Shown: positions 22,955 to 33,766 of the stretch, piece by piece
Position numbering within the stretch: the stretch's first letter is position 1
Layout: every line of letters begins with the position of its first letter
Assembly (NCBI GenBank): GCA_963846575.1
Contig: CAWJWJ010000002.1
Span: 1,504,001 to 1,568,000 of the forward strand
DNA: 64,000 bases
Source: an uncultured Nitrospiraceae bacterium
Lineage (GTDB): Bacteria > Nitrospirota > Nitrospiria > Nitrospirales > Nitrospiraceae
Direction of reading: 5' to 3'
Program-made: the position numbers and the translations under genes
The notes under the pieces: generated by a model
Databases searched by the model: none
The model's input: only the letters and a program-made list of their open reading frames with translations
Told to the model about the DNA's origin: nothing

Positions 22955-24097
22955 CTAGAAGGTCAAGGCTATGGACCCGGATGCCAGGGCGGCTTGGTCC
23001 CTGAAATCATACCCGCCTGCGATGTCGATCCGCAAGTCAAGGATGCGTAGGCCGAACCCTGCCGTGGGAATAAAAGGGGTTTTGGCATCCTGCATATTCT
23101 TAAAGGCCCCGAGTCTGAACGAAAGCAGTTCCGAGAGGATGGTCTGCTCGGCGCCGAGACTCAACAGCTGGCTCGACAGGCCGGGAGTGAGTGTATTGTT
23201 CTTCGTGATGTCCACATCCGCAGTCAACGTCAAGGAGTTGTATGGGTTGACGGCGAGGCCGGTTCTTATCTGCGGAAGCAGTTTGAACTTGTCGCCGTTC
23301 GGCGCATCGAATGTGGGCGCGTTGATATCCTTTGCGACAATGCCCATCCGCAGCCAGGAAGAGGGTCTGAACATTGCGCCGACATCGATTCCCAGCGCGG
23401 TGGAAATCTTTGCGCGGCCGAGGTCTTCAAATACTTTCACGTCGTCACTGGCGCCGCGAACATTCGTCACGCCTGTGTAGGCCGCGCCTTGAATGATTTT
23501 GCCCGTCACACCGATAGAGAATATCCGGTCCATAAATGCATAGGCATAGGATAGGGCGGCCTGTCGGGCCTCCAGCCCGTTCATGGCGAACTGGCCGTTC
23601 ACTGTCAGGTTGGTGCCGTTATTCGAAAACCCGACCGGACCGCGAAGGAATCCTCCCCCCGTGGCCACGTCGGAGACATTGAACCCCAGGGCATGTTCAC
23701 CGAAATTACCCTTGACGTAGAAGCCGCCGGAGGCCGCGGCCGTGAGGTTCGTCCCCGGCCGGTTGATCCGGTCGACCAGTTGTTGCAGGCGCGCGACGTT
23801 GCCCGCCGAGGTGTCGTTCAAGTTCAGATTGTTGATGTCTTTAAATGCGTCGAAGAGGTCGCCGCGGTCCACGAACTGACCGCCGCCCTGGAAGCGGATA
23901 TCGAACTTTTTGCTCATGGCCATGCCGGCCGGATTCCAATAGGTCGCGAGTGAGTCGGTGGTGGTCGCCACGCCGGCGCCGCCCATACCCATTTGGCGTG
24001 ACCCCACAAAAACGAATTCCACGGCTGCCGCTTGCAGTGGCAGCAGGAGGGCCAGGATCCCAGCGACGCATCGGACAACGAGTGTCAGCTTCTTCAT
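22955..24097 (-). CDS. TraF-like (DUF3308/FadL-like) outer-membrane beta-barrel protein
   Basis: GSRQMGMGGAGVA, YWNPA, C-terminal Phe; ATG at 24097. Confidence 0.75.
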   Translation of the reverse strand: MKKLTLVVRCVAGILALLLPLQAAAVEFVFVGSRQMGMGGAGVATTTDSLATYWNPAGMAMSKKFDIRFQGGGQFVDRGDLFDAFKDINNLNLNDTSAGNVARLQQLVDRINRPGTNLTAAASGGFYVKGNFGEHALGFNVSDVATGGGFLRGPVGFSNNGTNLTVNGQFAMNGLEARQAALSYAYAFMDRIFSIGVTGKIIQGAAYTGVTNVRGASDDVKVFEDLGRAKISTALGIDVGAMFRPSSWLRMGIVAKDINAPTFDAPNGDKFKLLPQIRTGLAVNPYNSLTLTADVDITKNNTLTPGLSSQLLSLGAEQTILSELLSFRLGAFKNMQDAKTPFIPTAGFGLRILDLRIDIAGGYDFRDQAALASGSIALTF

Positions 24098-24135
24098 CGG
24101 ATGTGCAGAACTCCTCAAACCGGTCGACGAGGCGC

Positions 24136-24164
24136 AGTGTACGAAAAGATGCCAAAGGCGTCAA
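24136..24164 (-). promoter_or_regulatory. sigma70-like promoter TTGACG-17-TACACT
   Basis: Near-consensus hexamers with 17-nt spacer. Confidence 0.6.
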
Positions 24165-24240
24165 TAAATCTCAACCAAGGGTGGCGGCGTCCGGGTTCGC
24201 CTGTCCCGGTCAGAATATGGACAATCACTTTCGGGCCCTG

Positions 24241-24909
24241 CTATTGCGAAACAATCATCCCGTCTTGCATGGATACGATCCGGTCGGCGTGGGCTGACAG
24301 CTTGTCATTATGAGTCACGATGACGAAGGTGGTTCCTCGCGAACGGTTCAGTTGGCGAAGGAGGGTAAACAGGGCATCTCCCGTGTGCGTGTCCAGATTG
24401 CCCGTGGGCTCGTCGGCCAGCACGAGATCCGGTTGCTGCATTAACGCGCGGGCGACGGAGACGCGCTGTTGTTCGCCGCCGGAGAGTTCCCCCGGCTTGT
24501 GGTGGAGACGATCGCCCAAGCCGACCTCCCGCAATAGCTTCGTCGCCTCGCCCGAGACATCCGCCAGATCTCGTTGCTGAATCATGGCGGGAAGGCATGC
24601 ATTCTCCAACGCCGTGAATTCCGGAAGCAGATGATGAAACTGGAAGACGAATCCCACTCGTTTATTCCGGAATTCGGCCTGCTGCTGCTCGGTGAGTTGA
24701 AACAGGTCCTGCCCTTCGAACGACACGGTACCCTTCGTCGGACGATCCAACGTGCCGAGAATCTGCAGGAGGGTGCTCTTGCCGGCCCCCGAGGCGCCCA
24801 TGATGGCGATCAACTCGCCGCGCTGAATGCGGAGGTTGATGTTGTTGAGCACCACCAGTTCCCGCCCGCCCATGGGAAATGATTTATAGAGGCCGACGAC
24901 GTCAATCAT
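24241..24909 (-). CDS. lolD: Lipoprotein-releasing ABC transporter ATPase
   Basis: GASGAGKST, VFQFHHLLPEF, LSGGEQQR, ADEPTGNLD. Confidence 0.92.
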   Translation of the reverse strand: MIDVVGLYKSFPMGGRELVVLNNINLRIQRGELIAIMGASGAGKSTLLQILGTLDRPTKGTVSFEGQDLFQLTEQQQAEFRNKRVGFVFQFHHLLPEFTALENACLPAMIQQRDLADVSGEATKLLREVGLGDRLHHKPGELSGGEQQRVSVARALMQQPDLVLADEPTGNLDTHTGDALFTLLRQLNRSRGTTFVIVTHNDKLSAHADRIVSMQDGMIVSQ

Positions 24910-24975
24910 GTTTCAACTGTATCCCGGTAAAGTCGCTTCGCCCATGTCGTTCCTGGCTTTGGGCGCTCGCTGCAG

Positions 24976-26253
24976 TTATTCATAACGCAGGGCAGCGGCG
25001 GGGTCGAGTTTGGCCGCTTGGAGCGATGGATAGAGCGTGGCGACAAAGCTGATCAGAATAGCCGATCCTGCCACGAGCAAGACATCCGAGCCCATCACGT
25101 GCACAGGAATGCGGGAAATGTAATAGACCGTCGGGTCGAACGACCAAAACGTTTGAATCAGCCAGAGGAATGCATAGCCGAGCGGCACGCCGATCGCGGC
25201 CCCGGAGCAGCCGATAATCAAGCCGTTGAGCATAAAAATTCGCATGATGCCTTTACGTGTCGCCCCCATGGCCTTGAGGATTGCGATCTCGCGCTGTTTT
25301 TCCGTCACAATCATCGTGAGCGTACTGACGATATTAAAGGAGGCTACGATGGTGATGAGCACCAGCAGCAGGAACATCATGGTCTTTTCGAGCTTCAGCG
25401 CCGAGAACAGGTTGCGGTTCATCTGCATCCAGTCCCTGGCCCAGAATGAAAACCCGAGACTCTGTTCGATCGTGCGGGCGATTTCGGCCGCGCGGAACAC
25501 ATCAGTCACCTTGACTTCAATCCCCGTGACGCTGGCGCCCATATTAAAAAACTTCTGCGCTTCGCCCAGTTCAATATAGGCGAGCGAGGAGTCGTATTCA
25601 TACATGCCGGACTGAAAGAGACCGACGACCACGAACTGCCGGATCTTGGGCGTCATGCTGGCGCCGGTGATAGGCCCCACCGGCGATACGACATTCAGTG
25701 TATCCCCGGTAAAGACGCCCAGCCGCATCGACAGCTCTTTCCCCAGAATGATACCCGGTCGCATGGCGGCTTCAGGTCCGCCTGGTTCCCGCTCTTTTTC
25801 GGGGATGGTCACCTTGATCGGCCGGGACAAGTCCTCCAGGTTGCCACCCAGGAGATTGTGAGCCAATTCCGTGACGGTGCCTTCGCGCGCCGGATCGATT
25901 CCGCGGAGGATAATGCCCTGCACGCCGGATGAAGAAGTCAGCAGGACCTGGCGAAAGATAAAGGGGGTGGCGGCGACGACATCCGGGACGGCTGCGACCT
26001 TTTTGACCTGGTCTTCGTAATCGACCATCGATTCCTTCATGCGGTCATTTACCAGGATGTGCGCCGTCGTGCCGAGAATCTTGGCCTGAATATCTTCCTT
26101 GAACCCCGTCATGATCCCGACGGTGCCGATCAAGGCGGCGACGCCGAGCGTGATGCCGGCGATCGAGACGATCGTATTGAAGGAGATGGTGCGGTTGCGT
26201 CGCTTGGCGCGTAGATAGCGCAATCCGATAAAAATCTCATAAGGCAGCGCCAT
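24976..26253 (-). CDS. lolE: Lipoprotein-releasing ABC transporter permease LolC/E
   Basis: IGLRYLRAKR, KQREIAILKAMGA, PAAALRYE. Confidence 0.9.
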   Translation of the reverse strand: MALPYEIFIGLRYLRAKRRNRTISFNTIVSIAGITLGVAALIGTVGIMTGFKEDIQAKILGTTAHILVNDRMKESMVDYEDQVKKVAAVPDVVAATPFIFRQVLLTSSSGVQGIILRGIDPAREGTVTELAHNLLGGNLEDLSRPIKVTIPEKEREPGGPEAAMRPGIILGKELSMRLGVFTGDTLNVVSPVGPITGASMTPKIRQFVVVGLFQSGMYEYDSSLAYIELGEAQKFFNMGASVTGIEVKVTDVFRAAEIARTIEQSLGFSFWARDWMQMNRNLFSALKLEKTMMFLLLVLITIVASFNIVSTLTMIVTEKQREIAILKAMGATRKGIMRIFMLNGLIIGCSGAAIGVPLGYAFLWLIQTFWSFDPTVYYISRIPVHVMGSDVLLVAGSAILISFVATLYPSLQAAKLDPAAALRYE

Positions 26254-26255
26254 GG

Positions 26256-27737
26256 TTACTTTTCCGGCCTGAGTTGCGGGAAAAGAATCACATCACGGAT
26301 GGAGGCTTGATTCGTAAACAGCATCACAAGCCGGTCGATGCCGATGCCTTCACCGGCGGTCGGCGGCATGCCGTATTCGAGTGCCCGCAAAAAGTCTTCG
26401 TCCACCCGGTGAGCCTCTTCATCTCCGGCTTCATGTTGGGCCGCCTGGGCTTCAAAGCGTTCACGCTGGTCGAGGGGATCATTCAACTCGGAAAAGGCGT
26501 TGGCGAGTTCCCGGCCGGCGATGTAGAGCTCGAAGCGATCGGTCAGCGAAGGATCGCTGTCCTTGCGGCGCGCAAGCGGCGAGATCTCAATGGGATAGTC
26601 CGTGATGAACGTCGGCTGTTGCAAACGAGGCTCGACGGTCTCCTCAAAAATGTCATTCAAGATATTCACCAGCGATTCCTTCGGAGAGACATCGACACCG
26701 AGGCGTTGGGCCGCAGCGATGGCTTCGTCCCGGCTCGTAAGGACGGATCGCGGCAGGTTGTTTACTTCCAGAATGGCCTGATGGTAGGACCATCGTTGCC
26801 AGGGCGACGCAAGGTTGATCTGAGCCCCCTGATACTCGATGGTCGTGGTGCCGAGGATGTCATGGGCGAGCCGTCCGAAGAGGGCCTCCGTCAGCCGGAT
26901 CAAATCCTGATAATCGGCATACGCGACGTAGAACTCCAACATGGTGAACTCGGGATTATGAATCGTCGAGATTCCCTCGTTCCGGAAGTTACGATTGATC
27001 TCAAAGACCCGCGGAAAGCCCCCTACGATGAGGCGCTTCAGATACAGTTCCGGTGCGATGCGGAGATACAGATCGGTCGCCAGGGCGTTGTGATGGGTGA
27101 CGAACGGCTTGGCCGCGGCCCCGCCGGGGATCGGATGCATCATCGGCGTTTCCACTTCCAGGAATCCGTGCTCGATCAGAAACGCACGGATGCCGGAGAC
27201 GATGCGGCTGCGTAGCGCGAAAATCTGGTGTACCTGGGGGTTGGCGATCAAATCGACATAGCGCTGCCGATATCGGGTTTCCACGTCGGTGAGCCCATGC
27301 CACTTTTCCGGCAGTGGACGGAGCGCCTTGCTGAGAAACGTGAGGGTTCGCACATCGACCGTAAACTCGTTGGTTTTCGTGCGGAACAGGATGCCGGAGA
27401 CGCCAATCCAATCTCCGATATCCAGATCTTCGGAAATGTGATGAGCCTGTTCCCCGAGCGTGTCTTTCTTCAGGTAGACCTGTAGCCGTTCCGATCCGTC
27501 TTGCAGGACCGCGAATGCCGCTTTGCCGAAGCGGCGCAGACCGACTACTCGCCCGGCGAGGGTGCAGGCGATCTGCTCCTGCTCGAGCGCCTCTTTGGGC
27601 TTATCGCCGTACCGGCGAACCAATTCTCCGGCTCGATCTTTGACCTCAAAACGCGTTCCGTAGGGCTGCACCCCGAGCTGCTTGAGTTGATCGAGTTTTT
27701 TGATGCGTTGTTGTCGTTGGTCGTTGATTTCGTCCAT
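26256..27737 (-). CDS. lysS: Lysine--tRNA ligase (class II)
   Basis: RYRQRYVDL, FRNEGISTIHNPEFT, YGMPPTAGEGIGIDRL. Confidence 0.98.
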   Translation of the reverse strand: MDEINDQRQQRIKKLDQLKQLGVQPYGTRFEVKDRAGELVRRYGDKPKEALEQEQIACTLAGRVVGLRRFGKAAFAVLQDGSERLQVYLKKDTLGEQAHHISEDLDIGDWIGVSGILFRTKTNEFTVDVRTLTFLSKALRPLPEKWHGLTDVETRYRQRYVDLIANPQVHQIFALRSRIVSGIRAFLIEHGFLEVETPMMHPIPGGAAAKPFVTHHNALATDLYLRIAPELYLKRLIVGGFPRVFEINRNFRNEGISTIHNPEFTMLEFYVAYADYQDLIRLTEALFGRLAHDILGTTTIEYQGAQINLASPWQRWSYHQAILEVNNLPRSVLTSRDEAIAAAQRLGVDVSPKESLVNILNDIFEETVEPRLQQPTFITDYPIEISPLARRKDSDPSLTDRFELYIAGRELANAFSELNDPLDQRERFEAQAAQHEAGDEEAHRVDEDFLRALEYGMPPTAGEGIGIDRLVMLFTNQASIRDVILFPQLRPEK

Positions 27738-27823
27738 CGGTATAGCCGTTTGTCCCTCGTCGATTGTCTCTCAATGGTTCGCGCGCGACGCTTCGCGAAC
27801 CTGACGTTCGTGGCTGGTCTCGG

Positions 27824-28967
27824 TTAGAGGTCGTCGTCTTTTATCACAACCGGTTCGGGAGTCTTGCCGCCGGTCAACTTTTTCTGAAGATACGCCTCGA
27901 TGAAGCCGTCCAACTCGCCGTCCATCACAGCGGAAACCTGGCCGACCTCGTATCCGGTCCGGTGGTCTTTGACCATCTGGTAGGGCTGGAAGACGTAGGA
28001 TCGGATCTGGCTGCCCCAGGCAATATCTTTTTTTTCACCGACGATCGCGTTGAATTCCGCTTCTTTTTTCCGCTGCTCCACCTCGAACAGGCGGGCTTTC
28101 AGGATTTTCATGGCTCCATTACGGTTTTGCAGCTGCGACCGCTCGTTCTGACATTGCACGACGATATTGGTGGGAATGTGAGTGATGCGAATAGCAGTCT
28201 CGACCTTGTTTACGTTCTGACCGCCGGCTCCGCCGGCCCGAAAGGTATCGATTCGTAGATCTTTCTCGTCGATCACGACTTGAACGTCGTCGTCCAGTTC
28301 GGGATAGACGAAAACCGACGCGAAGGAGGTGTGCCGCCGCTTGTTGGCATCGAACGGGGATATACGCACGAGCCGATGCACTCCCGCTTCCGCCTTGAGG
28401 TATCCGTAGGCATAGGGGCCGGTCACGGAGAGGGTCGCGCTCTTGATGCCGGCTTCGTCACCAGCGAGAAGGTCGAGTGTTTCGACCTTGAAGCCCTTTC
28501 GCTCGGCCCACCGTACATACATGCGCAGGAGCATCTGTGCCCAGTCCTGGGACTCCGTTCCTCCGGCGCCGGGGTGGATGGCGAAGATTGCATTACTTGA
28601 ATCCAACTCGCCCGAAAGGAGCAGTTCAATCCGGAACTGGGCCACCGCCTTCTCAAATTGCGCGAGCTCCGCGGTGAGTTCCTGTTCAAGTCCCGCGTCG
28701 CCTGATTCCATCGCCAGATCAAGCAGGGCTTCAATGTCGCTTTGCCGACGCTCGGTCTCGCGCCAACGGCTCAGCTCCCGATCGAGGCTGGCTTTGCGTC
28801 GATTCACCTTGGCGGCGGCCTGTGTATCTTTCCAAAAATCTGGCTGGGCGGTCTTCGCGTCGATATCGTTCAGTTCAGCGGTCATCCGAGCCAGGTCAAA
28901 GATGCCCCCGTAATTGAGCCAACTGCTCTCCGAGAGACCGAACACGGGTAGGGACATCATCCAACAT
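27824..28967 (-). CDS. prfB: Peptide chain release factor 2 with +1 programmed frameshift
   Basis: ATG at 28967 gives 23 codons ending CTT TGA C (28901-28895); main frame has SPF and GGQ motifs. Confidence 0.96.
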
Positions 28968-28985
28968 GGCACAATCCTTTCTGTA

Positions 28986-30620
28986 TCACGCCGGCCGGCC
29001 GGCCGGCTCGCCACCGGCGGGTTCGGTCGATTGAGAAAAAAAGCCGGTCAGGAATAAAAGCGCGGTGAGTATAGCACAGGCATAGGCAAAGAGATCACCG
29101 TATTGCGCGTAAAAGGTCTGTTGATGGCTGACGGCAATGGTCTCCTTCAGCGCTTCCTGGGTGAAGATCGAAGACCGTTGGGAGATGTGTCCATAGGCAT
29201 CAATAAATCCGGAGATGCCTGTGTTTGCAGCCCGGGCAAAGGCGACGCGATTTTCGACGGCCCGAAACACGACCATACCGAAATGTTGGTAGGGTGCCGA
29301 GGACGGTCCGAACCAGGCATCATTCGTAATGGTGACCATGAAGTCCGCACCGTTGGCGGCAAACTGTCGCACGAGATTGGGGAAAATAACCTCATAGCAG
29401 ATCACTACCCCGAATTTGAGATGGAAGTCCGGAACAGTCGAGGCCGCCGCCATCGGCGGCACCTTCTCGCGCGGCTTGAACATCAGCAACGTGGAGCCAG
29501 GGCCTGCTTCGAAATCGCCGATCCCTTCTACCAGTTTGTCGAGGAAGAACAGCAGGGAGTTGTGGAACGGAATGTATTCGCCGAACGGCACGAGATGTTG
29601 TTTGTCGTAACGGCCAAGGATCTGACCATCTGTGGCCAGTAGATACGCACTATTGAGCAGAAAGGGCCGACCATTGGGATATCGTCGCAAGGCTGGGCTG
29701 CCGAATAATAGCGGAGCGCCGGCTTTCTGGGCCATGTCATTGACCAGGGCCCGGTACTGTGGTTCCATTTCAAAAACAAACGGGGTGGCGGCCTCGGGCC
29801 AAATAATGAGATCGAGATCGTCTCCCAGTCCGGCAGTAAGACGGTCGTATCGTTCCATGGTGTCCTGCCGAAAGGCGACGTCCCATTTCTGGGCCTGTTC
29901 AACGTTCGGCTGTACGACCCCAACGGAGAGGGTACGGGTCGGTGTCTGGTGCGCGGCCGACAAGAGCGTCGTCCCGTAGAGCAAGGCCACGCCGAATCCG
30001 GCGGCAGCGGCGGCGGAGGAGGGCCAGGGGAAGGAACGAATCTGAAATCCGCGATAGGCTTTAATGCTCCAGATGATAGTTTCGGCGAGTGCCGCATTAA
30101 CCAGTACCAGCAAAAACGACACACCGTATACTCCGAAATGGTCGGCTAGTTGAATGATCGGAAGCCATTGATATTGGGAATAGCCGAACAGCGCCCAAGG
30201 CAGGCCGGAGAGAAAATACGTACGGGCTAATTCCAACGTCACCCAGAGAAAGGGGGCGGGTAGAAAGCCTAGCGTCGGAAAAGTCGTTCTGATCCAGGCG
30301 AGCCCGCCGGCATAGATGCCTACATAAAGACCGAGATAGACGGTCAGCAACAACATCACCAAGGCCGCGATGGGGAGTGGGACCTTCCCATAGAGGTGCA
30401 TCGCAGTGATGACCCAAAACATGGAGCCCGTAAACGCAAGGATCCCGGTGAGCCACCCGAAACGGAAAGCACGGCCAGGTGACGCATATTCGACCGCAAT
30501 ATGGAGAGGAACCAGCGCGAACCAGGCGAGTAGACCAAGGTCGAAGGCCGGGAATACCAGGGGATAGAGAAGACCGCTCGCGCAGGCAAGCAGGATGAGG
30601 CGTGCGCGGGAAATGGTCAT
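28986..30620 (-). CDS. lnt: Apolipoprotein N-acyltransferase
   Basis: [36 protein letters not shown]. Confidence 0.96.
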   Translation of the reverse strand: MTISRARLILLACASGLLYPLVFPAFDLGLLAWFALVPLHIAVEYASPGRAFRFGWLTGILAFTGSMFWVITAMHLYGKVPLPIAALVMLLLTVYLGLYVGIYAGGLAWIRTTFPTLGFLPAPFLWVTLELARTYFLSGLPWALFGYSQYQWLPIIQLADHFGVYGVSFLLVLVNAALAETIIWSIKAYRGFQIRSFPWPSSAAAAAGFGVALLYGTTLLSAAHQTPTRTLSVGVVQPNVEQAQKWDVAFRQDTMERYDRLTAGLGDDLDLIIWPEAATPFVFEMEPQYRALVNDMAQKAGAPLLFGSPALRRYPNGRPFLLNSAYLLATDGQILGRYDKQHLVPFGEYIPFHNSLLFFLDKLVEGIGDFEAGPGSTLLMFKPREKVPPMAAASTVPDFHLKFGVVICYEVIFPNLVRQFAANGADFMVTITNDAWFGPSSAPYQHFGMVVFRAVENRVAFARAANTGISGFIDAYGHISQRSSIFTQEALKETIAVSHQQTFYAQYGDLFAYACAILTALLFLTGFFSQSTEPAGGEPAGRPA

Positions 30621-31643
30621 TGATCGTAACTTAACGAAAGACCGTCAGAGATTCAACCGTTTGATTCGGATGGCTCTCGCCGGAAGGGAATCGCAATCGG
30701 TGTTGCGGGGTACCTGAACAGGATAACGATTGAGGTCTCCGCTACGGTCCGGAGGTGCATTGAACCACCCAATCTCCTCGTGAAAAACCGGCTGATCCAG
30801 GGACTTGTGATTGAGGCGTGGCCATGAGTCTGGGCTGAACCGGAAAGAGAGGTGCCGGCGTAAGCAGGTTGGGGGGGAACCGGGGTTCCGAATGGCGTCA
30901 CAGTTCTTGGTACTGTGCGGGGGGAGGAGTTGATCGTGGAGCGATCCCACCAGCCGGTGAGGTGGTCACCCGTGGATGGACGATTGGCGGCTGAGCAGCA
31001 GAAGGCTGGCCGGAGCCCTACCTCAAGCGAAGACGAGCATCACAGTCATCAATCGCATTGCCGCACCTCCCACACGTGATCTATCAGAGCTGTACTCATA
31101 TTCTACCCCTTCTCGAATCGGCCCTGCATCGTGACGGATTGCGTCTTCCTCAGATCGACAATGCCCTGCAACCCGCGCGGGTGATCGATTCTTCCCGTAT
31201 TGACCGCTTTCCTACCGGAGCGTAGACTCATAAGAAGGACGCAGTACCACCCTAATAGGAGGTGGTCGCATGGTCTCCCGTGGCGAATATGTCAGCCGCT
31301 CCGACCATGCCAGTCTTGTCCAATTTGCCGCCTCCATTTCCCACTCCGGTTCTGCACTTTTCCCGAGTTATTCAAAGAACGCGCATATCGATTGGCCGAG
31401 TATTTCCGTTCGCGCCCGACGCACAGGGCTCGACGTTCGGTTCACCGGATGTGACTCGGTCACGCCGAATAACACTGTCTGGATATGTCACGGCTTTCGC
31501 GGCCCGAATGTACAGGCCAGCACGATAACCGAGGAGGATCTCCCCTATGGCAAGACGGAAGAACGGTTGGATAGCTCAGACGCAGGCGCAACGGCATCAA
31601 GACTGTTTGCCACGCGCCGAACTACCCGAGGAAGGAGAACGCG

Positions 31644-32591
31644 ATGGGACGGAAATATGATCACGTCGATGTCATGACGGCAATTGGATTAGTCGCCACT
31701 TTGTTTGGAGGCTATCTGTTTGTGACGGCCGCCGACGGATTTTGGCAAGCGCCTTCGGTTCCCCCCATGACCGCCATGACGGTAAGCAGTGACCCCTCCG
31801 CTGGGATGGCGTATCTGCAGCCTGTATTGGGGCGAGCCATTCTTGACGAGGTATTGCTCGATCGAGAAGCGGGCGCGGCCGTATCAGCAGCGGCGAGGGA
31901 ATTGAACCGCGCTGTGACTGAGTATCAACGAGTTTCCGCTTCGCTGTTAAGTCCGCTCGTACTGGCAGAGTTGGCAGCGTTCGGGCAGGAAGCCGATCAT
32001 CGCGCGCGCATGCAGTACGTCATGGGGAAGGCCGTGGTCAATCACACCCGCCGGGGGATCAGCAGCGGGATCCTTTCGGCGGATCAATACCGGAGCAACT
32101 TCAACAATAATCTCATACGGACGGCCGAATTGACGGGACAGCGCATGCATGATCAATTCGAAGCCACCAGACAGGGGACACTGGGCCGGTCGATTGTCGA
32201 GGCAGTGCAGGAAGAGGAGCGGATGGACTCGGCGGTGCAGGAGCAAATCGGGCGGGCGGTAATGCAAGTAACCCAAGCGCAGGAGCGTTATGGTGCGGCA
32301 AGGGATGCACAAGAGACTCAATTGGCCGGCGCGGCTCTCGCGGCCGTGAGGGCCAATGCCCTGATGGAGCAGTTAACCCCGACTGAGGAGATTGCCCCGG
32401 CACAAATCGTGGTGGCACATCACACGATTGCATCGGCTGACATATCCCGTGGGTCACTGATCCTGGCCTGTATGGGGTTGATCATCCTCTTCGTCGGCGG
32501 GCTGGCTTTCGGCACCAGAAAGAGTGACGTGGAAACCATTCCGGTCTGGAAAATGGAAACGATACTGCAGTTACATCGATCCGGCAGATAA
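31644..32591 (+). CDS. Hypothetical membrane-anchored helical-repeat protein
   Basis: AAGGAG RBS, N- and C-terminal TM segments, repeated Q..[LMI]G[RK][AS][IV]. Confidence 0.75.
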   Translation: MGRKYDHVDVMTAIGLVATLFGGYLFVTAADGFWQAPSVPPMTAMTVSSDPSAGMAYLQPVLGRAILDEVLLDREAGAAVSAAARELNRAVTEYQRVSASLLSPLVLAELAAFGQEADHRARMQYVMGKAVVNHTRRGISSGILSADQYRSNFNNNLIRTAELTGQRMHDQFEATRQGTLGRSIVEAVQEEERMDSAVQEQIGRAVMQVTQAQERYGAARDAQETQLAGAALAAVRANALMEQLTPTEEIAPAQIVVAHHTIASADISRGSLILACMGLIILFVGGLAFGTRKSDVETIPVWKMETILQLHRSGR

Positions 32592-32651
32592 CCACATACG
32601 ACACCCCGGGAGTCGGGCTGGCGACACCCGGGGTGGCCGAGGAGGGTCGAT

Positions 32652-32774
32652 ATGTCCTGGGAAAATTGGGTCGTGGCCATTGGGCTCGGCGCTCTCTTAA
32701 TGATGTTTTTCGTGCTCATGGAGCTTTTCTTCGCCGGCAGGCGGCACCCCATGGATCATTCGCACAGGAAATGA
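32652..32774 (+). CDS. Small single-TM protein (40 aa; not in ORF track)
   Basis: MSWENWVVAIGLGALLMMFFVLMELFFAGRRHPMDHSHRK; GAGGAGG RBS. Confidence 0.6.
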   Translation: MSWENWVVAIGLGALLMMFFVLMELFFAGRRHPMDHSHRK

Positions 32775-32820
32775 ACCGATTTGTCGGTGGGGACGGGGGG
32801 GCCGGCGACGACGGTCAAAA

Positions 32821-33162
32821 CTAGTTCAGGCAGGACCAAAGACCCGGCAGCATGACTTTCGCCATCGCTTTAAGTTCGCATTCCGATTGCGGAGGAACGT
32901 TTGCGAGCGCGATGCCGAATTCTTTTCCTTTCGCCCACCGTACGGTACCCCGGCGAATCAGCATCGGAATGTCGGGCGCCGGTTGGATAACAATCACCAC
33001 CAGTTCCATTCCCACACTGACTGGTTCATGGCCTCGAATTCGGCCCCCCGAGGTGGTGATATCCTCGGTTACTCCAATCGTCTGAAAGGTGCCATTGGAA
33101 TAATAGATCGGACACTGAGCCGGAATGCGACGGACTTCGCGTTCACGATAGGCGGCGTTCAT
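32821..33162 (-). CDS. PilZ domain protein
   Basis: REVRR (RxxxR), DITTSGG (DxS/TxxG), VRW...FGI; ATG at 33162 overlaps the upstream stop. Confidence 0.75.
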   Translation of the reverse strand: MNAAYREREVRRIPAQCPIYYSNGTFQTIGVTEDITTSGGRIRGHEPVSVGMELVVIVIQPAPDIPMLIRRGTVRWAKGKEFGIALANVPPQSECELKAMAKVMLPGLWSCLN

Positions 33163-33593
33163 CACGAGAGACTTCCTTTCCTCGGGCTCCTGGGTCCGGG
33201 TGCCCGCATCAAGCATACTGTAGGCCTGGAAAGTGCGCACTGCCACCACGCTAACGTGGCGGCGATCATCCCGCCAAGCGCATCGTTCAGCACATCGTGT
33301 AGTGAGGTTTCGCGACCTGCTGCTGATCCCTGCGCCACCTCTGTCCATACGCCAAACACCGTCGTGAGCAGGATGCCGCAGACCAGGGCGTAGGGGAGCG
33401 GCCATCCGCGCAGGCGAAAGCCCTGGATGGCGAGCCAGGCGAGCAATCCGTAGGCCGGTACATGGGCCAAGTCCCGCCAGTTGTCCGGAACGAGTGTGAG
33501 TAGTCTACCGGTGACTCCAATGCCGGGCGAGGCGATCGCGAGACCGAGAAGGAGGAACATGTACCCGAGAACAACGACCACAACAACAGGCAT
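33162..33593 (-). CDS. VanZ family membrane protein
   Basis: AHVPAYGLL, TEVAQ..AGRETSLHDVLNDALG. Confidence 0.8.
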   Translation of the reverse strand: MPVVVVVVLGYMFLLLGLAIASPGIGVTGRLLTLVPDNWRDLAHVPAYGLLAWLAIQGFRLRGWPLPYALVCGILLTTVFGVWTEVAQGSAAGRETSLHDVLNDALGGMIAATLAWWQCALSRPTVCLMRAPGPRSPRKGSLS

Positions 33594-33766
33594 GCAGGCA
33601 GTCCTTTCGGTGGGACCAATGATCCCGCGCAGAGTACTGTGCCCGGTTCCTGCGTTGCCATTCGTCGTTCGCCTGAGAACCTCATCCTTTCGAGGGGCGC
33701 GGAGTCAAACGAATTGGACCAAGCGTGGGTCGGGAATAGAAGGGAGGTTCAAAATGAGGAGAGACG

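Noticed and set aside
22955..24097. TraF-like gene as evidence of an ICE or plasmid
   Set aside because: No relaxase, T4SS or integrase genes; embedded among core genes
27776..27801. GGTTCGCG/CGCGAACC hairpin between prfB and lysS
   Set aside because: Short, no U-tract, single copy; not distinguishable from an ordinary mRNA stem
30640..31058. Possible pseudogene: GGAGG RBS then MRLMTVMLVFA-stop followed by Pro-rich fragments
   Set aside because: No recognisable homolog or consistent frame; cannot be supported without a search
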